From Cycas panzhihuaensis (taxonomy: Eukaryota > Plantae > Cycadophyta), in the NCBI GenBank assembly GCA_023213395.1, contig CM041465.1, positions 147,257,741 to 147,321,740 of the forward strand: DNA of 64,000 nucleotides, given 5' to 3'. The stretch's first letter is position 1. Every line of letters begins with the position of its first letter. The notes below the pieces were generated by a model. The model did no database searches. It was not told where the DNA came from and saw only the letters and a program-made list of their open reading frames with translations. A program made the position numbers and the translations under genes. Shown here in pieces: positions 54,286-64,000 of this stretch.

Positions 54286-56412
54286 ATAATAATTATAGAA
54301 ATGCTCAGAGAAGTTTAAAGGATTGCAAGAGTAAGCAAATGAAATAAGAGAAAAAAGTCTTAGGTTAAAAGTAAAAATACACCCCTAAAATAAAGCCTAA
54401 TGTACAATGTTATGGGAGCCTTTATAACAAGGTGCTTTTAATCAAGTTGAGCATCCCAATGAATAGCTAAAGTAGGCTTTAAGAGGGACATAGTTAATGT
54501 AGAGTTTAACAAATATAGGTTATGAGGATATGATCACTTTGGTTACAAACATTTAGGATTTTCTAGCTAAAGTACATAAATTACGAAAATTAGTAGATTC
54601 CTTGGTAAAGATATTGAATAATTATTACAATATGTTTGATGAGGTTATACAAGGAAAACTTTAGGAGTCACAATAAAGGGTTGCAAGTTTAACCTTTACA
54701 TCATCTCCTGATTAGTTATTTTATGCAAGATGGGAATAACTATTGATTGTAACATTCACCCATCTTAGAGAAGAAGCATATTCTCCACAAAAGCAATAGC
54801 TAAATCTACTTTTCCCTAAATTTATAACCCTTTGTCAAAGAAATGAACTTTCCTTTATAATAAGAGAGGAAGGTCACATAGAAAAATATCATTTTCTAAG
54901 AGAGATTAAAGAATATAATGTAAGGAGACTACAAGAAAATGTGACCCATGATGCTCTAAATTCTCAACAATGAGCCCAACATTTGTATGCTCAAATTGAG
55001 AGACAAGCATAGCTAAAATGTTTAACCCAAGTGGAGTCACCTAAACTAGAGTAGATAATGGCAAGATGTTACCAGCTCCAACTCTCCATAGAGTTGGCTA
55101 ATACTTCCTTAGCTCAATAAATTTTTTCTTAAGTTGGAGTAGTTATAATGGTCAAGCAATTAAATAGGAATTTTAACAATTAGAAGTAGCTATTATTTAG
55201 AATTAGTTTTAAAAGGAAGGTGGACAAAAGAAAAAGTATTATTATCACTTAGTCTACCCTATATAATTACCAACTTTTCTATTTTCTTTACTTTACTATT
55301 TTTCCAACGATGATACATACTTATGTCAATTTCACACCCTCAATTTTTAAATGCTTCTTTTGCTTGTTGTATTCTCTTCTTTTAAACTAAAATTTGGACA
55401 TGTACAAGATAGACCTACATGAAAATCTTGGTTCATGGGCAAGGACATAATAAGAGTCTAGGGCACCACTCTTATTAAATCATATACTATTATAATCTTA
55501 AGTTGCACTTCATGTTATTAGACTTATTGCATATCAAATTGATGAGTTAGTCTACTCTCTGATCCCTCATATGTAATTTGTTCTATAATTATTAAGTATC
55601 ATTTAGGTTTATTAAATCTACCTACTATACTTTGAGAATGTTCAATGATGATTCATAATTTCTATAATTTTCCAACTTAGTTCTTAGTTATCATGGAGAT
55701 TATATACTCATGTTTTTAATATTATAAATGTCTATTTAAGAAGTTGTTTTAGCACTATCTTATTTTACTTCTTTTGTGTTCTTATTTCACTTTATGTTAC
55801 CTTCTTAACACTATTTCTTGTCATTTATTTTTCTTGCACAAACACCATTAATTTACATCATCTATAAAAAATGTAGTTGCTCATTTTATATATTGTAAAT
55901 GCTATATGTGATGTATCACCAATTATAAATAATTAAGAAGTCATCCCTCATTAAGTGAAGGATTTTTACCTATTTATTACCATATCTTTTTACAATCTTA
56001 ATTTGAACATTATGTGGACCTTGTCACCATTGCCAAAAAATATTAGGAGATACAAAATTACAAGTCAATATGGACCATCTCTTACAACTAATCCAACTAG
56101 AGGAAAACACAAATATAGTAACATGATTATAGAATATAGAGAAGAATCATCAAAAGACATGGCATGGCTACCATATCAAAGCCCCTGTTGAAAAACATAG
56201 CATAATTTAAACAGAGAAGAGAAGAGTATGTATTTTATTAAGATTCAATCTCCTTAAATATACATCAATAATGTGATGGTTACAACCTCTAATGTAATCG
56301 ATCAGTCTGAGACTGCCAAGTGGCACAATCTTACATTATGACTACATTAAGGGTGGTCCTAACATGACCCCCGTTCTTACTTAGAGAAAACATTACATCT
56401 CAACACCCCCTC

Positions 56413-59400
56413 TTAATGTTTTATCTCTAATAATCTTATTTTGTCTCTTAAATATTTGAGCCTTTCTCTTCCAAGAGGCTTTGTCAGAAGATCTGTAACT
56501 TGTTCAGCTGTGGGACAATATTCCAAGTCAATCTCTTTATTATGCACATTTTCTCTTATGAAATGATGATGAACTTTAATATGCTTTGTTTTTGCATGTA
56601 GAATTAGATTTTTTGTTAGCTTGATGGCACTTTGATTGTCACATTTCAAGGAGGTTGCTCCTTTTTGCTGTTGATCTAAGTCAAGCAGAAGTTGTCTTAA
56701 CTAGATAGCTTCACAGGTTGCTAGCGTAGCTACTTTGTATTCTGCTTCTGTAGAGGAGAGAGCTACTGTAGCTTGTTTCTTACTACACCATGAGATTGAT
56801 GAAGATCCTGAGAAAAAATAATATCCACTAGTGGATTTCCTTTATTCTTTGTCACCAGCCCAGTCAGAGTCGCAATACCCTGATATTTCGATTGGGTACC
56901 CTTTTAAGTATACTAACTTAAGATCTGTTATTCCTTTAAGATATCTTAAAATTCTTTTTGTAGCTTGCTAATGTCTCAACTTTAGATTTTGCATGTATCT
57001 GGATATTAGTCCTACTGAGTAGGATATGTCAGGCCTGGCGGCTGTCAAATAAATCAGACTTCCAATCATTTGTCTATACAAGGTGACATCTACATCCTTT
57101 TCCATACTATCTGCTATTAAGTCACAGTTTGTTTCCATGGGTGTTGTACATGGATTACAGTTCTCCATCTGAAATTGAACAAGTAGATTTTTGATGTAGT
57201 TACTTTGGGACAAGGTTATATAGTTTTGATGCTGACCTACCTCCAATCCCAAGTAGTAATTTAGTGGACCCAAGTCTGTCATTTTAAATTTCTGCTGAAG
57301 TTGACTCTTGATGCCCTTAATTCCTCCTTCATCATTTCTAGTAAGAAGCATATCATCTACATAGACAACAATTATTGTTATCTTGTTGTTTATTTTCCTT
57401 ATGTAGAGACTGGAGTCAAAGTTACATCGATTGAACTTATTTTCTTCAAGGAAATGATCTAATTTGACATACCAAGCGCGTGGATCTTGTTTTAGACCAT
57501 ACAGAGCCTTTTTTAATCTGTAGACCAGATTCTCCTGTCCCTGTTCAGCGTATCCTTCTGGTTGTTGCATATAGACTTCTTCTTCTAGTTCACCATTTAA
57601 GAAGGTGCTTTTTACATCTAGTTGGGAGATTTTCCAATTTTTTGCTGCAGCCAAGGCTATTACTATTCTTACCGTGTTCATCTTTGCCACTAGAGAAAAG
57701 GTCTCATCAAAATCTACACCTACTGTTTGTGTGTACCCTTTCGCGACTAACCTTGCTTTGTATTTTTCTATTTTACCATCCATTCCCTTCTTTGTTTTGT
57801 AAACCCATTTGCAGCTTACAGTGGATATATTGGCTGGTAGTTCTACTAATTCCCACATTTGATTCTTCTTGATTGAGTTCATTTCATTGTCCATTGCCAC
57901 TTTCCATTCTTGACGATCTTTTACTTTTTGAAAGTTTTGAGGTTCGACTTTGCTTAGAAGAGCTCTTGAACTTTGTCCCTGTGTTTTCTGTTCTATTACA
58001 TTACTTTTTCCTTCTTCAATTATTTTAATATACCATTTTGGCAACTTTTTCTGTTTGTGTGAGTCTTCTTTCTCGATGGCATCTTCTGATACTTAACTGG
58101 TTTCATTTGATGATGGATCAGCTTGTCCTTCTTCTGAAGTGATTTCAGAATCATTTCCTTCCTCAGCTTCTTGTTCTTCTGAGGTAATTTCTGACTTATT
58201 CTCTTGCTCATCTTCATGTGTCTCTTCGTGTCTGATAGTTGCCTATTCACTTTCCTCCTCACCTTCTATTATTCTAATTTGTGAGGATTCAACAGAATTT
58301 TCTTCGTTAAAAATGACATCTCTTCTTACATAGATTTTGTTTGTTTTGGGATCTATGCATTTGTAGGCTTTTGAATTTTTACTGTAGCCTATCAAGATGC
58401 ATTATATGCTTTTTGCATCCAATTTGGACCTTTTTTTATCAAGAATATGCATAAATGCTTGACTACCAAAAACTTTGAGAAGACTTACATTGGGTTTTTG
58501 TCTTGTCCAAGCTTCTTCTGGGGTGACATCCTTCAATGCTTTTGTTGGGCTTCTATTTATTAGGTAGCATGATGTGTTAACTGCTTCTGCCCAATATGAC
58601 TTTGATATCTTTGTTCTATACATCATGCTTCGAGCCATTTCCATTAGAGTTATATTCTTTCTTTCGGCCACTCCATTCGACTGAGAAGTGTAAGGAGTTG
58701 TAATCTGTCTATGAATTCCTTGATCCCTGCAATAATTTAGAAACTCCTTTGATATATATTCTCCTCCTCCATCTGACCTGATGCATTTGATTTTCGTTCC
58801 TGACTCTAGCTCTGCTTCAGCTTTAAATTCTTTAAATGTTTCAAAAACTTCTAACTTATTATGTAGGAAATATACCCATATTTTCTGAGTGAAATCATCA
58901 ATGAAAGTTTAAAAATATCTGCATCCATTAATTGTGAGAGGTGTAATTGGACCACAAATATCTGTATATATCAATTCTAATTTTGACTGAGATCTCCAAG
59001 TGCTTTCTTTAAAAGGAAGTCTATGCCATTTGCCGAGTCGACAACCTTTACAAACAAATTTATCTAATGAAATGTTAGGTAGGCCATTTACCATTCCTAA
59101 TTTTTCCATTAGTTTAAGTATGTCAATTGAGAGATGCCCATACCTCAAATGCCAAGCTTTATTATTAGATTTAGAAGCAGCACAATCTTTTTCTTCCAAG
59201 TAAAGAAGTATAGGATCTAACAAGAGTTTGTAAAGATCATTATATCTAACTCCCTTTGCAACAATTTTCCCACCTCTCTTCATATCTAGAATATGACAAT
59301 TCCCTTCTTCATCGAAAATGGTTCTCAAACCCTTTTTGCTTAATTGAGAGACAGAGAGGAGATTTATTTTTAGATCTAGTACAAACAAAATATTTCCAAC

Positions 59401-60543
59401 CCTTTTTTCATTCCCATCTAGATTTACAGAGATAGTTCCAATCCCTTTTATATTAAGGGAATACTTGTCATCCAGTTCTACTGATTTGTCCATATTATAG
59501 GGTTTCATGGTTTCAAACCATTCTTCCCGACTTGTCATATGTTTGGAAGCTCCTGAATCTATGTACCATATGTCTTTGTCTTTCATATTGGTAACCAATG
59601 CTGTGATAAAGGCTGTCTCTTCTTCCTCCTCTTTGTCCTTCTCTTTGTTATAGCCTCTAATGGGTCATTTTCCTTTATGAATTTCACTTCATCTCTGTGG
59701 ACACTGATATGGATAGTGTCCACTTTGTCTGCAATAGCAGCATATATCAAAGATTCTACAACTGTTGGCGAAGTGTCCAGTTCTTCCATAGTTGTAATAG
59801 ACTTTATTTTCTCTACCATGTCCCCATCCTCTGGAGTTTTGCCAGCATCCTCACCCCTGAAAATTTGATGTTCCGCTTTGTCCTCGAAATTGATGTATTC
59901 CTCTTAGCTCGAGATTTAGTCTTGATGTAAATGCATCCTCCAATTCTGTCATATTTTCATATCTTTTGTTTCTCTGTTCTTGTCTTAGTAACAAACCTGT
60001 CAATTCATCAAGGATTAACTTGTCTAACCTATCACTGTCTATGATAGTGTTAACGATTGTGTTAAACGACTTTGGCAATCTTGCAGTCACAATTTCCACC
60101 ATGTCTTGTTCAAAAATTAGACCTCTGGCACTTAAGAGATTATTCCTGACAGTAATAATCTTATGCATAAATTCCTCTACATCTTTATTTTCTTTCATAT
60201 GAAGCTTGTACAATTCTTCTTTAAGTGTAATTATTCTTGCCTTATTCTTTTGTCCATACAAATTTTCCAAACATTTCCAAATTTCAAATGCCAAATTCAA
60301 TTTTTCGACATAAATCAAGACAGAATCAGAAATTGACATTTTCAATGTGAGACTGGCTATATTATTTCTTTCAACCCAATTTCCTAGTTTATCATCACCA
60401 ACTGGAGGACGTTTCTCTGTTCCTTCAGTAATTTCCCAGGCATTTTTCACCCTTAAAATGGTTTCTATCTCAATTTTTCACACATGATAGTTGGAACCAG
60501 TTAATTTTTCTGGTTTAGGCAGAGAAATGAGAGAGGAGGACAT
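56413..60543 (-). pseudogene. Element A gag-pol with several stops/frameshifts
   Basis: Start MSSSLISLPKPEKLTGSNYHV*KIE; ORFs 59851-60450 (gag), 58909-59598 (PR WYIDSGASKHMT, WHLRYGHL, IN DICGP), 58402-58671 (IN), 56968-58044 (RT, YVDD), 56413-56649 (RH, CDNQSAIKL..KTKHIKVHHHFIRE). Confidence 0.96.
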
Positions 60544-61207
60544 TATTCTTCAAGCTAAAGGACAAAGTTTGAAGCCTATCTGTACAGATGTACGGAATTC
60601 CGTACAAAACCCTAGGTGTACAGCTGGAAGAGAAAAGTACCTCAAAATCAAGGTTTCTCAGTCGCCTACCCAGATCTGAAGGCGATTTTATAAAAACGCT
60701 TCTTAAAAAAGAGAAATCTGCTCCGAAAGGAAAAACGGCGGCTAGGGCAGAAAATTAATTTTTGAAGAAATTACTAAGAAAATCTTGAAATAAATCTTCG
60801 AATTTGGATGCAAACTCAAGATATTATTACTGAGAAGGGTTTATGACTAGAAGTACCTGATATTATGAGCAAATCGAAAAGATTTCTAAGAAAGATCCTT
60901 CAAACCCACGCGGACTAGTTCGGGCTCTGTTTGGCCTCCAAAACGACCTCAAATGAATTAGCTCTAAAAGAGAAATATGTTCAGCGTCCTCTGATCTAGC
61001 TCCCCACCAAATTTTGCTTCGATTTGACACTTCAAAAAAACTGCATTCGTACACGTCCGTACAGATCCGTATAGTTCCGTACACCAGAGTAATAATGATC
61101 TTTGATTGACACAGAAGCCCTAACTGCCTTGTGTACTTCTTGCACCCTTGATTGAGTTGTCTTGACATAAGAGAATCATTTAAAAAATGATCAGTTTAAA
61201 TTGACCT

Positions 61208-61219
61208 GCTCTGATACCA
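61208..61219 (-). promoter_or_regulatory. Primer binding site (initiator tRNA-Met) of element A
   Basis: Reverse complement tggtatcagagc abutting the 5' LTR. Confidence 0.95.
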
Positions 61220-64000
61220 TGTTGAAAAACATAGCATAATTTAAACAGAGAAGAGAAGAGTATGTATTTTACTGAGATTCAATCTCCTTAAATATACATC
61301 AATAATGTGATGGTTATAACCTCTAATCTAACCGATCAGTCTGAGACTGCCAAGTGGCACAATCTTACATTATGACTGCATGGAGGGTGGTCCTAACATG
61401 ACCCCCTTTCTTACTTAGATAAAACATTACATCTCAACAGCCCCTTCATTTAAAAAAGATGATGAAGTCCTATTATATGATATTGAGTTCGAGATACTTC
61501 AAAGGAAATTAAAAATAAGATGGACTAGACTATATATTATTGAAGAAATATTAAAAAATAGTTTTGCCTAGCTAAAAGAGCTAGCAAAGTAGTTATTACC
61601 TAGAATAATGAATGGAAGTATATTAAAACCTTACCATAATTAGGGCAATGGATTTTCCCAAAATAAGTGAATGGTGGGTGCACTATAGTGGATTTAGAAG
61701 GTACTTGTCAATACCAAATCATGTTGAGAATACTAAAAGTTGTTCTAATATCAAGATCACATGATACAAAAACAAAAAAGACAAAATTTAAAAGAACAAT
61801 GAAACCCAAATATAACTCTATCATATGAGAAAATGATGACATGAGTACCTATAAGCTACCTCAACAACTAATGTTCTTAGAGTAATAAATGTTCCATAGA
61901 CAAGTGTTTCGAACACCATTTTAAGAACAAGTATACCATTATAGGAAGCATTCCTAGATACAACAATGTAGAAAACATCATTCTAAGAAGCATTCTTGAA
62001 TGTAGTAGTGTAAGGAACATCATTCTGAGAAGCACACTAAAATATAATAATATAAAGATGCATCATTCTAGGTCATATAATTGAATGTCATAAGCCATTA
62101 TTCTAGTATAAACCCACCATTCTAAAATGAAAAAGATAAAAAAAAACCATTATTCCAAAAAGACATTTTGTAATGTAGCCACTATTCCAAGCAGTGTTCC
62201 AAATTTAACACGTTGAAATATCACTATTCCAAGTCACCAATCCTCGTAAGGCTACCATTCCAAAGTCATTGTTCCTCAAGGAGCAGTTGAGAGGATGACA
62301 TAAAGGGAAATATAATATATAAAAGAGCAAGAAAATCAAATCTAAATTTTATAAAAATAAGTTAAAGGTGATAAAGAAGGATAATAGCTAGGGAAGTTGA
62401 AGATTAGCCATTCTAAAAACACTTTGAGATCATGCATTCATTAGTAAATAGTTCATTGTTTAGCATACCAACCCTAGCATTTTAATAGCTCACCATTTGG
62501 CATTCCAATTTTAATAGTCTAACAATCCATCAGTAGGCATTCTAGTAAGAATGATATTTAAAGGATTTTAGTTACTCCAATGATCTTATTCTAGCATTCC
62601 TACTCCAACATCTAATTCAAGCATTCCCTAGATAATTATGACAATAGAGAGAGAAATTTTCTTATGAATATGTAGGAAACTTCCATGTCAATACTAAAGA
62701 TAAACAAGAGGATGTGAATGATGGATTTAAATTCATATTGATATGTGCTATGTGGAGCAAGTCTATGTAGTTGACTCCACTCTATTAAGATAAAGACTTA
62801 ATGGTAGAATTAATAGGGAAAGTGACTTGAAATAATGCCCTAACTGAAATTTCAATGAAAATGATATGGAGATTGACAAAATTCCCTAAGTTGTGGGATG
62901 TTATCTATAGGGACAAGAATGTAGGCATTCATGAAGCTATATGTCTAGAGAAATTTGTTCACCCAATGCCTTTGTACTTTGAGGAGATATAGAGATTAAC
63001 ACAACCTAAGATCTTTAGTTATATTGGGTAGGAAAGGTGTTAGTTACCAAGATTATAGAGAAGAAAAATAATACATATATTACTTAAAAGGGGTGATTTC
63101 TATATCGCACTGAATAATGTAAGGGGAAGCCTTAAATTATAATAAGTATCCGGCAATGCTCATCTAACAACAACTATGGGAAATTAGGAAATGAGTACAG
63201 ATATTTTGATAACTTTTCCTACTTTTAGGAATTCTATTCCTATAGATTTTAGTCATATAGCCTTCAAGGGTAAACATATACCCTAACACATTATTATTAC
63301 AATAGTGAGTGGAATTATTCCTATTTAGCGTAATATAATATTAGCCAATATCATAGGAAAATTATCAACCACACTCCAATATATTATAGATTGGTTCAAA
63401 TAGTTAGCATCATCACCTATATAAGGACAAGCCAAATAAAAAGGAAAGAAACAAATCAAAATACTTAGGGTGTAGTAAGAAGAAGGTGAATCTTCCCAAC
63501 CAATAATGATAGCTAGTGAGTAATCATTACATACACCATCTCTATAACTAACACTCGACTAGGTGGACCTTGATGAGGGAACTACCAAAGTAGGGGGAAG
63601 AAAGATACATGATATGTTGAAGGAAATCTAAGAAGATTATAATAGGGTGAGTAAGTAGGGGTTATATTTTATGCTAGTAATAAAACCTATGCTACTACTA
63701 CCATAGGAGGAGGAAACATAGAAGAGGTATGTAGAATTCTTCACTAAGTTTATAGATCATTAGGTTGATGAATATAATTCTAGATTTAAGGAATACAAAA
63801 GTTTTGAACAGTAATTTAGGCAAAAAATATTGATGGATATTAAATACATGGTGTGTAAGTTAGGTATTTAGTTATTATCCTACAAGACTTGAAAAAGGAA
63901 ATTATTAAATTATGGCAAGAAAAAGTAGATATATTTAAGGAGAACTTGGAATTTTGTATGCAGTTAGATGTACTCCATAAGAAAGTAAAAGAAATGGAAA

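Larger units (their letters stand above)
56186..61439 (-). mobile_element. Ty1/copia element A, full length (5254 bp), best preserved in the window
   Basis: LTRs 56186-56405 and 61220-61439 (220 bp, TG..CA, 10 mismatches by eye); perfect TSD gcccc (56181-56185 / 61440-61444); PBS gctctgatacca (rc) 61208-61219; PPT ccccctctt (rc) 56406-56414. Confidence 0.97.

Noticed and set aside
57480-60679. Plus-strand ORFs (57480-57872, 57605-57802, 59000-59203, 59966-60202 etc.)
   Set aside because: Antisense shadows of the copia gag-pol of A; the same applies to 22463-25285 in B and 35940-36137 in I.
61445-64000. Purine-rich sequence with recurring cattc/ccattattcc motifs (also 53450-56180), possibly an old gypsy remnant
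   Set aside because: No diagnostic protein motif or boundary recognisable; left unannotated.

Overview
AT-rich, CpG/CHG-depleted eukaryotic DNA, most likely heterochromatic or intergenic sequence from a large land-plant genome. It consists almost entirely of nested, decayed LTR retrotransposons; no host gene, RNA gene or CRISPR array is supported. Resolved elements: (1) a minus-strand Ty3/gypsy (Tat/Ogre-like) gag-protease remnant (1-~18100), split by + strand copia D (2475-17131), which is itself split inside RT by minus-strand copia C (6734-15779); (2) two related short-LTR copia elements, B (21015-26225) and A (56186-61439; A is the best preserved, with a perfect TSD); (3) two pol-less elements, E (27746-31548) and G (44202-46167), carrying a single short gag-derived ORF, with G having three LTRs of which one is inverted; (4) a long-LTR non-coding LARD-like element H (38579-47637) that hosts G; (5) truncated copia elements I (~35270-37990) and J (~49240-53420). 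The main structural signal is that in seven copia-type elements from several families the polypurine tract/3'LTR junction lies in a 15-19 nt loop closed by a family-specific inverted repeat. All coordinates and alignments were read by eye.
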